Shown piece after piece: positions 37,395-49,559 of a stretch of DNA of 64,000 nt. The translations under genes and the position numbers were made by a program. Each line of letters starts with the position of its first letter. The first letter of the stretch is position 1. This stretch comes from Lama glama. Its lineage: Eukaryota. Location: positions 19,036,001 through 19,100,000 of the forward strand of contig CM052818.1 of assembly GCA_028534125.1 (NCBI GenBank), written 5' to 3'. Below the pieces are notes generated by a model. The model had not been told where the DNA came from and ran no database searches. It saw only the letters and a list, made by a program, of their open reading frames with translations.

Positions 37395-38570
37395 TTTTGT
37401 TTTGAGATAGTTTTACCTATAGTCATAAATAATACGGAGAGATCCCATGAGATCCCCATGTCCTTTATCCAATTTCCACCAATAATAACATCTTGCAAAA
37501 CTATAGTACAGTATCGCAACCAGGATATTGACACTGATACAATCAAGATGCAGAATAGTTCTATCCATCACCACAAGGATCTCACTCCTTGCTCTTCTAT
37601 CACCATGCTCACACCCATCTACACCCTTGTCTCCTGGCAACCACTAATCTCTGTCTATATACTTTTACCATTTCAAGAATTTTATATGAATTATTATAGT
37701 ATATAGCTTTTGGAGACTGGCTTTTTTTCAGTCAGCATTATTCCCTGGAGATTCGTCCAAGTTATTGTGTGTATTAATAGTCTTCTCCTTTTTATCACGG
37801 AGTATTAGTCCATGGTGTGGCTATACCAACTGTTTAAGCATTCACATCTTAAAGGTTACCTGAATTGCTTACAGCTTTTGGCTACTACAAATAAAGCTGC
37901 TATAACAGTCTGTACAGGTTTTAGTGTGAATGTAAGTTTTCATTTCTTTGAAATAAAGTACAAACATTGCATAGTATGGGAGTTGCATATTTAATTTTGT
38001 AAGAAACTGTCAAACTATTTTCCCAGAGTACATTCCCACCAGCGATGAATCAGTAATTTGCTTTCTCTGTATGCTTGCCAGCATTTGGCGTTATGACTAT
38101 TTTATATTTTAGCCATTCAGAGAGGTGAACAGTGCTATCTCATTGTGGTCTTAGTTTGCATTTCCCTAACGACGAATAATGCTGAACTTCTTTTCATGTG
38201 CTTATCTGCCATCTGTCTATTCTCTCTGGTGAAACGTTTCTTCATGTCTTTTGCTCATTTGCTAGTTAGACTGTGTATTTTTTTAACTGAGTTTTGAGAG
38301 TTCTTTATATGTTCTAAATACTAGTGCTTTGATGGACATGCAATTTGCATACATTTTCTCTTTGCAACTTGCCTTTTTAACAGATTCTCCTCCTTAATAG
38401 GTTTGTCACAGAGAAAGACTTTAATTTTAATGAGGTCCAATTTATCAGTTTTTACTTTTATAGATCACACTTCTAGCGTCAAGTCTAAGAACGCTTTGCC
38501 TGGCTCCTAGATCCAAGTTCTATAGTTTTACTTCAATGCTGAAGCCCACGACTCATTTTGAATTAAAAGT
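37395..38570 (-). mobile_element. old LINE-1 3' portion
   Basis: TTGCCAGCATTTGG, CTCATTGTGGTCTTAGTTTGCATTTCCCTAA and related reverse-strand L1 motifs. Confidence 0.85.
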
Positions 38571-38659
38571 CTTTCTCCCAAGTCCCAGTGTTACATTAAT
38601 GAACTGGAAGTCCCTCCCACTCTCTGGACTCAGCCACTTAATTCTTTGTTCAAGAAGTA

Positions 38660-38733
38660 ACAGCCCTGTTACCTCAGCACTTGCTCCTGTCTCCTCACAG
38701 CCCTGTTACCTCAGCACTTGCTCCTGTCTCCTC
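38660..38733. repeat. perfect 37-bp tandem duplication
   Basis: ACAGCCCTGTTACCTCAGCACTTGCTCCTGTCTCCTC occurs twice. Confidence 0.95.
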
Positions 38734-38955
38734 ACACAGGCAGCACTGCTGATAGCAAACAGTGTGACTATGAGCGCCTAAGAATGTATCTTCTAGTGCT
38801 TTTGGGTCCCCCAGTACCCAGCTGACCTAAAGATCTAGTAACTGCACAAAAGCTTACAGGCTAAGGCTGGAGGAATGGGGCCAACCAGAGCCGGCCTCTC
38901 ACAAATCAGCTTGTATAGAATGAGATCACCTTGGTTCTCAAGTTGCTCCTTTCAG

Positions 38956-38957
<2 letters not shown>

Positions 38958-39016
<59 letters not shown>
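38958..39016. repeat. (GT)n microsatellite with one CT interruption
   Basis: Directly visible. Confidence 0.97.
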
Positions 39017-39019
<3 letters not shown>

Positions 39020-39206
39020 CTAGGCAATTTCCTGATTCAGGCAGAGCAATGTAAACAAGGAAAGCGCCTGGGATATACTCTGTAAACACTAAGCTAATAA
39101 ATAGGGATGAGGGTTTATGGGATGAGAACCAGGAAGAGGGCTTTCTGGGTTCCTGGCACCCAGGCTACCCTCAATGGTCCCTGAAAATTTTATTCTGGAT
39201 TTTCTA

Positions 39207-39717
39207 TGCCATGGACTGAATTACGGCCTCCCCAAAATTCATATGCTGAACACCTAACCCCCAATGTGATTGTATTTGGAGAAAGGGTCTTTAGGAGGTA
39301 ATTTGGGTTAAATAAAGGTGAGGCCCTACTCTGATAGGACTGGTGGTCTTCTAAGAAAAGTAAGAGATCTCTCCATGCCCACATACTGAAGGAAAGCTGT
39401 GTGAGCATAAGCAAGGAGGCAGCTATGTACAAGCCAGAAAGAGAGCTCTCACCAGAAATGGAATTGGGACTTCCAGCTTCCAGAACTGTGAGAAAATTAA
39501 TTTCTGTTGTTTGAGCCACCCAGTCTATGGTATATTGTCATGGCAGCCCAAGCTTTGGTACAGAGAAGTTGGGTGCTGCTGTAACAAAGCTTTGTTACTT
39601 GGTTTGAAAAAGTCTTGGAACTTGGTTATAGGCAGAGGCCAGAAGAGTTTTGAGGTGCATGCTAGAAAAGCCTAGATTGTTGTGAAGGGATTGTTGGTAG
39701 CAATATGGACATTAAAG
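39207..39717 (+). mobile_element. MLT1-like MaLR LTR plus start of the MaLR internal region
   Basis: TGCCATGGACTGAATT..CCCCAAAATTCATATGCTGAA ... ATGGCAGCCCAAGC, then TTTGGTACAGAGAAGTTGGGTGCTGCTGTAACAAA (MaLR-int start). Confidence 0.8.
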
Positions 39718-39957
39718 CCTGTGTCTAGAGGCTCTCTGACAAGTCTGCCCACCTGGGCCACAGCTCTCAAAGCTGTCTGAATGCAGGACTCAGGCTGCCC
39801 ACTGACCTGGCCAACACCATTCACCCGTCATCTCCTATGCAAGAAGGTTGTACTTGGACAGAAATTCTTTCCTGGAAGTAGATATTCCCAGTATCCCCAC
39901 CGCCACCCTCCTTGTAAAACAGTGCCCACTTCCATCCGTCCCAGGGCCCCCAAATTT

Positions 39958-40964
39958 TGTAATAGGGAAGAACAAATCTGACTTCGTACTGGATCTGTTT
40001 CTTTTAATTTAATCTTCATATTCTATTGCTTTTTCTACATGTTAATCACTAAAGGGCTGCTGCCTATAGGTTCAAGTATACATAAAGGCCCATCTCTGTT
40101 GGGCCCACTGACATCCTTCAAAGTCCAACAAGCCCTATTTCTGGGCTCTCAGATGTCTGCCTGTGATCCCTCAACTGATAAAGTACATTCTTTACTGGGT
40201 GTGTTTCCCACAAACTAACAGCCCTAAGTAATGCCTAATCTCACAATAGCTCAGGCTGGCTTGCTTCAGCCCACCTTGTTAGAGTCAAACCAACTTATTA
40301 CTGCCCTTCACAGACCATAGACCTCTTAACCTCACCTACAACCAATCAGAGACTTGTGCACAAGCCCATCAGACACCTTGTGACCCAACGTTATAAAAGA
40401 CCCCAATAACCAGCCTTCAGTGCTCATGTAGGCAGCTCTCATCTGTGTGACCACTGTTCTCTATGGCGGCATACCCTAATAAACTCCTTTTCTATTCTCA
40501 TACTTTATCTCTGATAAATTCTTTTACCAACCTGCACGTCACCATGTCACCGACTGGCCGCCATGTTGTGTCCCACAACAATCTCTGGGAACCCTGCCTC
40601 CCATGCCTGAGAATTAAGCTAAAATAACTTTGTTTAGCTCACAGGAAACATCCTGACTAGCCCCACCTATGAACGGCTGCAGGAAAGAAGAAACTGACAC
40701 ATGTCCTCCAGAGTCTGGCCAGAACCAGGAAATATTTGCAACAAGTTTCTACTTCTTTTACTTTACCTCCTCACCTCCCCCTCTTTGTTATATAAAAGAA
40801 ACTAGCATCCAAACCTAAGCAAGATGGCTCTTTGGGACACTAGCCCACCATCTTCTTGGTCTGCTGGCTTTCTGAATAAAGCCACTATTCCTTGCCCCAA
40901 CAACTTGTCTCTTGATTTATTGGCTTGTCACGTGGTGAGCAGTACAAGCTTGGACTCGGTAACA
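39958..40964 (+). mobile_element. ERV1-type solo LTR (host), interrupted by a second LTR
   Basis: TG...CA termini with 4-bp TSD ATTT, TATATAAAA near 40789, AATAAA near 40875. Confidence 0.82.
40097..40580 (+). mobile_element. nested solo LTR (484 bp)
   Basis: TGTTG...CAACA inverted termini, 5-bp TSD ATCTC (40092-40096, 40581-40585), CCAAT, TATAAAA near 40392, AATAAA near 40478. Confidence 0.85.
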
Positions 40965-41184
40965 ATTTCACTCTTGTATATCATGATTTTCACTACATCT
41001 GTGTTCCATCTTTCATATTATTATTAAGTATTACTTATTTTAATAAATTTCATTTTTTCACTTGAATATAGGTTTTTCTTAAAAGTAAACTTTATGTCCT
41101 CAACAATGCCATAAAATGGAACACATAATCCTTGCAAAGAAGGAAATATAAATGCAATTCATTCATTCAAAATATATTTCTATG

Positions 41185-41815
41185 TGAAACTGAGCAGGAC
41201 TCTGCTGTGCCCTCCTAGGTACAAAAGCCCCTCTATATCCCCTGTTTCTTGTTTGTAGGAAAGGACTTTATTCTCCAAGACCTTCCTTGAATTCCAAAGA
41301 GCAGGCATAAGCAGTGACTAATTAGGGAAGTGAGGGATGCAGAAACAAAGGAAAAGCAGTTAAGCAAGAAAAGTAATGATAATAGTTCATTAATAAAACA
41401 GAATCCTAGTTCCTCTTTAAAGAATATGCATAAAAATCTGATGTGCATCTCTGAGTTGTTCTGCAGAAACTAAGACCTCCCACCTAGGTGGAGGACGATG
41501 ACTACATGCCAACTGCAGATAGGACCCAGACTGGTTAGAACCAGAAGTTTGATGATTAAAATTCCTGAAACACCACTCTGTTACTTCACCGCCAACTAAT
41601 CAGAAGAAAGTCATGCACACGCAGCCCTCATCTTAAGTGTTGCCTTAAAAACCACTGCCTGAAAGCCACTGGGGATCTCGGGTCTTTTGAGCATAAACTG
41701 CCCATTCTCCTTGCTTGGTGCCCTGCAAATAAATGCTGTTCTTTCCTTTACCAAAACCTGGTGTCAGTAAATTGACTCTCTTTGCAGCAGGCAAGTAGAC
41801 TTTAGTTCAGTAACA
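41185..41815 (+). mobile_element. ERV1-type solo LTR
   Basis: TG...TAACA termini, near-TSD TATG/TGTG, AATAAA near 41728. Confidence 0.75.
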
Positions 41816-41975
41816 TGTGCAGGTATTGACTAATCCTACTGTGGTAATCATTCTCCAATATGTAAGTATATGAAGGGGTTCAGAATGAGCCTCCCTAAAA
41901 TGCCACTAGTGCCTGGGGATTTTTTTGTGGTAAAGACAACCAAGACCCTTCTGTGCTCAAAGTTCTCATAAGTAC

Positions 41976-42970
41976 TGACAGGGTTCAGAACATGCCACTC
42001 CAAAATATGGCATGTTAGTATGTTGAATATTTTAAGCTGAAGGCATTTGAGAAAATGGCAGATGCAGGAAGTTCACTCTGACCCCCTCCCACCCTCCTCT
42101 CCTGAAGCAAGTCATAAGCCCCCCGTGTGAGGTGCCCTCCTTGTACCCAGAGAAAAGGAGCATCTTATCTCCAAGACAGAGGGACACCCAGAAGAGTCCT
42201 AATGAACAAACCTTGTTAAGTTTCCCCTAGTTCCTACTTTGAGCTTATACCTGCTTTGTCCTGTAGGGGAGGAGAAACGATTTTCCCTCTACCCTTCTAG
42301 GTTCTCGGCTGAGACCCTCTTATAACAGACAGTTTAATAGGAGAAACACAAATATAATTATGTATGTATGTATGAGAGCATCACAAAGAGATGAGACTCA
42401 AAGAAGTGACCAGAGCAGGAAGCCTTTATACCTTTTAGATGAAGATACAATGAATTTGTGAAGAACCAACAAGACCAAGGGGCTTAAGCTAGAGACAGTA
42501 AATGCTGAAGAAACGAGGTTTATGCAGCCTTCTCAGCCCTCAGTTCCCTGACTCCAGTGCTAAGGATGTCTCCCTTCCTGCTGGTAGCAGGAGGGTAAAC
42601 TTGCTTGCTCTCAGGGAAGAAGGGTTCACGGCGTGGGTGTCAGCATGACCTTCTTGCTTCTGCTATTTTCTCAAACTCCTTGAGCTTAATATCTTTAATA
42701 TCCCAAGGTGCCATATTTTGAGGGCAGTGTGTCCTAAACCCCATCAGTTTCATCCTATTTTCTCATAAATCTCTACTCTCCATCAAACCCAGCATTAAAG
42801 CACTCAGGATTACCTGCTTCTTCAGGTCTTCATTTCCTTCTGAAGTCTCCCGTGTCATGTAGAACTTATATTACATAAATGCATATACTTTCTCAATCTG
42901 TCTTTTACTACAGGAACCCCAGTCGAGAACTTCAGAGAGTAGAGGAAAAGGAGATTTCCCCTCCCCTACA
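41976..42970 (+). mobile_element. MER34-like LTR with an antisense related LTR nested at 42262-42746
   Basis: 5' CATGCCACTCCAAAATATGGCATG and 3' TTTCCCCTCCCCTACA. The insert starts TGTAGGGGAGG and ends CCAAGGTGCCATATTTTGAGG..CATCA (reverse complement of the same family). Confidence 0.8.
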
Positions 42971-44523
42971 GTGTAAAAAGGAAACTTCCATCACCTGTCT
43001 GCCTTCCTCCCAGGTTGCTCACGGCCCAGTGTGCCTGCCCCTGCCCTGCTGTTCCTTCTGCCTGGAACTCTCTGCCCCCAGGGCCCCACAGCTGCCTCTT
43101 TCCCTTCCCTCAGGTCTCTGCTCAAAGTTATCTCATCAGTAAGGCCTCCCCTTACCACCTCATATAAAATAACTGCCCACCTCCTTTGACTCTGACTCTA
43201 CACTTCCTTGATTATACTTAATGTCATATGACACAGTATTTTACTTACTCTTTTAAAAAAGATGTCTTTTTACTCTCACCAAAAATCAAGCCTCAGTAAG
43301 GTAAGGTATTTATTTTTCATTGCTGTGTCCCATTGCTAGGTCAGAGCCTAGCACAGGACAGGTACGATAAACATGCCTGAATGAATAAATGAATTAGTGG
43401 AAGCGTGTAGACATATATACACACAGAGCCACTGGGGCTCGGATGCTGGGAGAGATCTGCAGTCCCAGTGTCACATAATACCTAGAACTGGTCCCCTCCA
43501 CACTAGTATTGGGCCTGGGTCTGTGGTCCAGCCTCCCCATTTCATTCCAGAATGTTCCCTGGGGTCCCTGGTGTCATCTTTTGATCTCAGTATACCTCAG
43601 TCCACAGAGCTTTTCTAAGAAAGTTGATCCTCAAAGAGAAATGGGTCAGAATCTCAATTCCTCGCTTTCCACAATGACCCTGCAATGCTGCCCTTATAAT
43701 TTATTGTCCAAACTAGCACATCAGTTGAAAGGGGGCATTGTTCATCGATCATCAACCCAAGGGGCACAAATGGAATGGTCCAACCCAGACCCAGGAGACA
43801 GCCCCCCTTACCCAGACTCCCTACACAAACATGCTCACTCCATCCTCACCAGCAGTCAGATTTAGAGCTCTAAGCATAGGGGCAGAGCAAACTCTCATCC
43901 AGCAAAACAAAAACAGACAAAACCCACTACATGGTGGTGTACACCTTTCACCCAGAACGAAGGGAACCAACTACCCTGTACCTGCATGAGCACAGGGAGC
44001 AGTGGAGGCCTGCAGGGGGTGACCCAGGACCTCCCTCTACTCCACTGACAGAGGAGCACAGGGCAACTTTACAATGGCAGCCTTTCTAGCTAAAAGGATA
44101 AAAAATTTGTCCTCACCAGTTATAGCTAAATCACATTGACCTCTGAGGCTAAACCATAAAATAAACATTTATCAGAGCAGAAATATACAAAGCGTTACAG
44201 AGATCAGCGAGCTTCCTTGTTTTCTCAAGTGCCCTAATTGAAAGAATTAACGCTTCTAAAGAAGGAAACCATAGGTCCCAAGAGCTGTGTGTGGAGAGTG
44301 AACAGTGAAAGTGATCACTGGCAGCGTGTTTCCTGCGGTGTTATCCCTGGAGCTGAGATCCTTAGACTTGCCTAAGTCTTATGAGAATCGCCTTGATTAA
44401 ACCTGCAGATAACCTGGGCCCAATGCCAGAGATGGTAAACTCTTAGTTTTGGAGTGATGCCCAGAAATGCACAACTGTAACAGACACACCTCCAAATGAC
44501 TGTGGTCCAGGAATGGTTGCGCA

Positions 44524-44590
44524 TGGCGCCACTTGGGGGAGAGGGTCTTCCTGTGTGTACTCTACCCGAATGGCGCCCCCTGGAGCTGTG
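44524..44590 (-). promoter_or_regulatory. tandem pair of candidate CTCF motifs
   Basis: Minus strand reads CAGCTCCAGGGGGCGCCA (44571-44588) and TCCCCCAAGTGGCGCCA (44524-44540), both close to the CCASYAGRKGGCRS consensus. Motif match only. Confidence 0.45.
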
Positions 44591-46424
44591 TGATGTCGTG
44601 GCCTTCTATTGGGCTATCTGCTGACCCCAGCCACTAGGATTATCAAGCACTGTCCAGCACTCACCAAGCAACCTCTGGTGACTGCTTGGCTTTCCTTGTG
44701 CTGGTCTTATCCGCTGGTCTTTGTGGGCTTGGCTACTATGAGTTGTTCTGTAGAACTGATCACCTCTGGAAGCACAGGGTATGAATTTCTAAGCCTAGGA
44801 AATAAAGCACCAAATGGGAAGGTGACGCCCTCAATGAGGTCAGGACTCACCCTGCAGCACTGTTGATGACAGGGGGACCCAAGGACACCCTGAGTTAGGG
44901 CCTGAACACCTACTCGAAGAGCTGTTGTACAAGAGGCATTTCTTGGACTTGACAATATTTCACAAGCTGGGCCCTGGGCAAGAGTTGGAGTGGGAGTGGG
45001 GCGTGTTACTGGGCCTTTAAAAATATTTCAAAAAGCCAAATTGAGAGCTTAAAAGTTTCTAAGATGAGGCTGGGATGCTAACCAAAGCCCCAGTTTCTTC
45101 ATCTTCAGCTGGAATTACATCATTTGTGTGAGCCTTGCTCATCTCATACTGACTAGAAGCTTGGACTGGAGACTGACTTCCGGGTAATCAAAACTTGGAA
45201 GCAAAATGATTGTTAGAAAAAAATCCAACTTTCCTTCTAGAGACATCCTTAGTGGAAGGAGGGCTAGGAATGACAAGGGTCGCAGGATCCCATAGATCCC
45301 TATGTGGGGGGCAATACCTCTCATATCTCCCTCGTTCCTGGCTCCCTGTCCACCTTCCTCCCTCTCCCCAGTGAACAGAATCAGCACCCATGTGCCCTTG
45401 GCCAGGGTCCAAGGCATCTCAATTGACCTCAAGTGAAAAGCTCTGTCTCGCTTTCTCCAGTAATACCCCTCAAAGCCCCCGTGCAATGCCGATACAGCGT
45501 CGTGATGGAGTCTGTGTGAAAATAAGAAGACTTTTTTGCTTTGCACTTCCAGGTGCAGAAAATCCTCAGCAGCTGGCCTCAGGAGCCTGGGCGTCTTGGG
45601 AAAACAAAGATGTTCCGTGGGCTCTGGGACTGGGTGTTCCGGCAGCGGATGGTCCCGCATCTCAGATAAAAGACATCAGGGAGGCTTCTGGGAGGCAGGA
45701 GGAGGAGAAAATACGAGGCCCCCTCTGGGCACATTTTCCCCCCACACATACTTAGCCTGGCTTAGCTGCCAGAGGGTCTCATGCTTGGTGCCTGGCTCCT
45801 TTGGTGCAGAGTAAAGGAGTCTGGGAGGGGACTCGGAGAAGGATGGAGCTATTCTATAAGTGAGAGCCCAGCAGGCCAGGCTCCGGGTGGATGGTAGGAA
45901 GAGACGGGCTTCCTGCCCTGGCCAGCTCTTTCCATCTGGTCTGGGACTTGGACTTTGGGTATGAAAATAACCTATTTATGGCTAGGACCGAGGAAAGTTA
46001 GGACTGAGCTCTGCCTGCCTGCCTGGCTGTATGGCGAAAGAGTGGTATTGAAAAATGTCTAAGGGTACACTGAGGCTCAGCCGTCCAACAGTGAAGGCAC
46101 ATTTATTCCCTGTGAAGATGGGAAAGGATGATACATTTAAGTTAAACACATTTAAGTTAACCTTTCTCCAGGGGCTATTCTAAATAGGGCAGATTCTTCT
46201 GGCTTGGAAGCACCAGCCCAGTCTCAGTGGGGTGATCCAAGCTTCTGTACCTGTTAAGACGTCTGTAGTCTCACTCCCAAGCCAAGCACCTCTCATCCTG
46301 CCCCAGGCTAGAGTACTCATCACCTTGGCCTCTGGTTTTCTAAATCCTACCCATCTGGAGGCTGAGTGTATGTACCCTTTCCTCCAAGAAGCTCTTGACA
46401 GCAGATGCTGTTGGTTGCCTGTCA

Positions 46425-46830
46425 TATCAGTTCAGATTAGGTTCACTGGGAGCATGACCACCAACAAAATAATGAAGGTTGAAACCAACTAGAAATGTAT
46501 TTCCCTCTCTGCCTCATTCAAAAAATTGGGAGGTGGCAGTCTAGGGCTGACAGAGGACTCCATGGTGCCTGGGGCTCAGGGTCCTTCTGGCTCTGGCATC
46601 TGCCATCTTGAAGGTACAGTCTGCAGTGGTTTTCATGTTGCAGTCAAGGGGTGAAGAAGGGGTGCAGAGTACGAGCCAGCTGCCCTTTAAAGAAGGCTCT
46701 GGGAGCTGCCCTCAACTCCTTTGTTCACATCTCATTGACCAGAACTCAGTCACGTGGCCTCCCCCAGCTGCAAGGGAGGCTGGGAAGTACATTCTGGATA
46801 GCCATGTGCCCAGCCAAAATCAGGGCCCTG
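46425..46830 (-). mobile_element. old MLT1-type MaLR LTR
   Basis: CACATCTCATTGACCAGAACTCAGTCACGTGGCC..AGCTGCAAGGGAGGCTGGGAA. Confidence 0.65.
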
Positions 46831-47069
46831 TCACCTCAGAAGAAGGAGGAGATGGACACTGTGGACAACAATTCTGGCAACAGATCCAATTTGTCTGGAT
46901 GTGGTCCCTTCTCCCACAGGACTCAGGAAGGATGCTCTAGAGCCCATTGGCTCCCCCATCTGAAATACACCACTCTATTCTTCTTTCTAGATCTCTCATA
47001 TCCAGAATCAGACTCTTCTCATCATCTCTACTGCCACCATCCTGCTCCAAACTACCGTCAGCTTTCCAC

Positions 47070-47300
47070 CACAAACACATGAAAAGATGCTCAACATCAT
47101 TAGTCACCCAGGAAAAAAAATACAATACAAACACTAAAATCATAAAAGACTACTATACATCCACTCAAATGGCTACAATTAAAGGCTGATAATACCAGGT
47201 GTTGACAAGCGAACTCATACGTTGCTGGTGGGAATGCAAAATGCACAGCCACTTTGGAAACTGGTTTGACAGTTTCTTTTACATTAAGCATACATTTATC
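47070..47300 (+). mobile_element. L1 ORF2 fragment
   Basis: KHMKRCSTSLVT remnant and TGCTGGTGGGAATGCAAAATG..CAGCCACTTTGGAAA. Confidence 0.75.
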
Positions 47301-48847
47301 AACTCTGTTGTATTGCCTTCTCCCCTTCCTTCTACCCTGGGTCCCTACAGACTATTCTTAATACAGAGTAATCCCTTTAGAACCAATGTCTGATCACATT
47401 TGTCCTCTGTACCTAAACTTTCACTGGTGCCCTTGCAGAGCAAAGTGGATGCTTAGACCCTCATGTGATTTTTCCCTTCTCCTCACCTTTGTAACCTCCT
47501 ATCTCCCACCCTCTTCCCCTAAAACCATCTTTCCAGCCACAATGGAACCACACAGACAACTAAAGTGGTGGTTCAGAGATGCACACCTCATACCTGTATC
47601 ACTGCCCAGAGTAACTCCTTTTTAGAAAGGACCCTTTCCCTCTCACAACCCCTGGCCAAGGAAGTGCCCCCTCTCTAGCTTTGCTGTTCCTCAGAAATTC
47701 TAGGCATACCTCTGGCTCAGATCCTTCCATTGCTCTGTTCCCTTTTCCCAGAATGCCTTCCCCGGATACCTTCAGGGCTTGCTCCCTTACCTCCCTTTGA
47801 CCTTGAGTCAAGCATCCCATTTAAAATTGCAACCCCTTCCTTACTTACCCTGCCCCCTGCTTGATTGCCCCACCCTCCCCATCTAAGTGACTCTATAGTT
47901 TACTTATAGTCTCTCCTTCCACCTCTATAGCAGTCCCATTCACTACTATTCCCCCAGGGCCTGACACATGGGGTGCACTGGGGAAACTCTCACTGAATAA
48001 ATGAGGTGGCCTTCGGAGTTTTCATCTCCTCCAGGAAGCCTCCCCACATCCTGTTTTCCTTAACTTCCTTCCCAGAGTCTCAGGCATTTATTTTTCTTGC
48101 ATTTCCTTGTTAGTTCTCCTTTCTTCCCCAGGCCTGTGACCCCCTTAAGGGCAGGATCTGTGTCTTGGCTTCCCCTGGCATCAACACAGGCTTGAGGCGT
48201 GCCATAGGTACCTAGAAAGTGCTCATTTCAGGTTTTGTGGGAAGGGACAGCATACCTTGTGATACATGGTCAGCTTCCCCTTCACTCCAAGCCTTGGATA
48301 CATTTGCTGAGAAAGTCCCTGGATACAGGACAGTGGCATCAGTCATTTCAGAGAAAGAGGTTATTAAATAAAAGAGAAATTGAAAAAGAAGAGCCAATTA
48401 GGATCGGGAGACTGCTGCTCTGTTGCATCCATTTCTCCCTTAGTTGAAGTGGTTTTTGATTGGACTGGCCTCTCTCCGAGTTGGAACCGGAGCTAAGATC
48501 ATTTTTCTTTCTTTGCAAGGAGCAGTGTTCAACAGAATAGTGAGAAGTGGGTCTTCGGTCTCTGCATTTATATAAAAGTGGCCTTGGGGATGAATGTGCA
48601 ACAATTATCCTGACCAGAGTCCTTTTCAGGAAGGACAAACTCAAGATTAGGGTTAATGCAAATCCCGAATCCTGAGGAATCCTGCCCTGAAGCCCAAGGA
48701 AATCATCCCGATACCATCATTCTGATACTGTGCTATTTCTAGCTCAAGGTCACCAGCAAATGGGGCCTGCACTTTTAAAATGGAAAGAAAATTAGAGAGC
48801 AAGCTCTTTTTTGAAGGGGTAGTGGTACTGTTTTAAAAAGTTATCCT

Positions 48848-48949
48848 GGAGAGGGAAGGGTAAATCTCAGTGGTAGAGCACATGCTTAGCATGCATTAGT
48901 TCAATCCCCAGTACTCCATTAATAAAAAAAAAAAAAAAGAAAGAAAGAA
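48848..48949 (+). mobile_element. tRNA-derived SINE (Vic-1-like, internally deleted) with polyA tail
   Basis: GGGTAAATCTCAGTGGTAGAGCACATGCTTAGCATGCA...TTCAATCCCCAGTACTCCATT followed by an A-tract and (GAAA)n. Confidence 0.78.
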
Positions 48950-49363
48950 ATTGTTAATCTGATGACGGAACACAAGGGGTATAAAGGAAAAAAAAAACCC
49001 AAACCTATGCTCCAGTTCAGAATTCTGTGCATGAGTGATGAGTGCAAGCCACGTGGCTTCTGTGAGCCTCAGCCTTCTCATCTCTAAATGGTGGCAGTGA
49101 TTTCTGCTTACCTTCTGGGACAACGGTGTCAATTAAATTAGATTGTACGTGTGAAAGTACACCAAGAAAGTATAGAGCTCTCTACACATGGGTATGGTAT
49201 TATTTAGCCAAGCCATATTGTGACACTCTGCCCTTCAGGAGTCCTAGCCTAGTTGAGGAGAGGGCGCAGGACTGAAAGGACAACGTGAACCCAAGTGTGA
49301 GCTGGGGTCACCCTGCCTAGGGTTTTTCTGTATTCTTGGGGGAGGGGCAGAGTTTACAACCTC

Positions 49364-49382
49364 ACTGCAGTAGGGGGCGGTT
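49364..49382 (+). promoter_or_regulatory. candidate CTCF motif
   Basis: ACTGCAGTAGGGGGCGGTT resembles the CTCF core. Motif match only. Confidence 0.35.
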
Positions 49383-49384
49383 AG

Positions 49385-49559
49385 GAGGCAGTATGGCCCC
49401 GTGGTTAGGAATAGCGGCTCAGGAGTCAGACTGTCTGGGTTGGAGTGCCTAATTCACCAGTGTGTGATCTTGGGCAAGTTAAGTAACCTCTCTGTGCCTC
49501 ATTTCTTCATCTGTAAAAGAAGGCTAACAGCATGTACCTCATTAGATTACTGTGAAAAT
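49385..49559 (+). mobile_element. MIR SINE (resumes near 50333)
   Basis: TGTGTGATCTTGGGCAAGTT..AACCTCTCTGTGCCTCATTTCTTCATCTGTAAAA. Confidence 0.8.

Noticed and set aside
33636..39016. CRISPR-like or other repeat-spacer array
   Set aside because: Only simple microsatellites and one tandem duplication are present, and the sequence is mammalian
4774..42970. Pairs of same-strand LTRs as ends of a full provirus
   Set aside because: Copies are too diverged from each other, some have individual TSD-like flanks, and no PBS or gag/pol/env remnants are visible between them
45139..45814. Overlapping ORFs (173, 121 and 92 aa) in GC-rich unique DNA
   Set aside because: No recognisable homology or convincing exon structure, consistent with chance ORFs in GC-rich sequence
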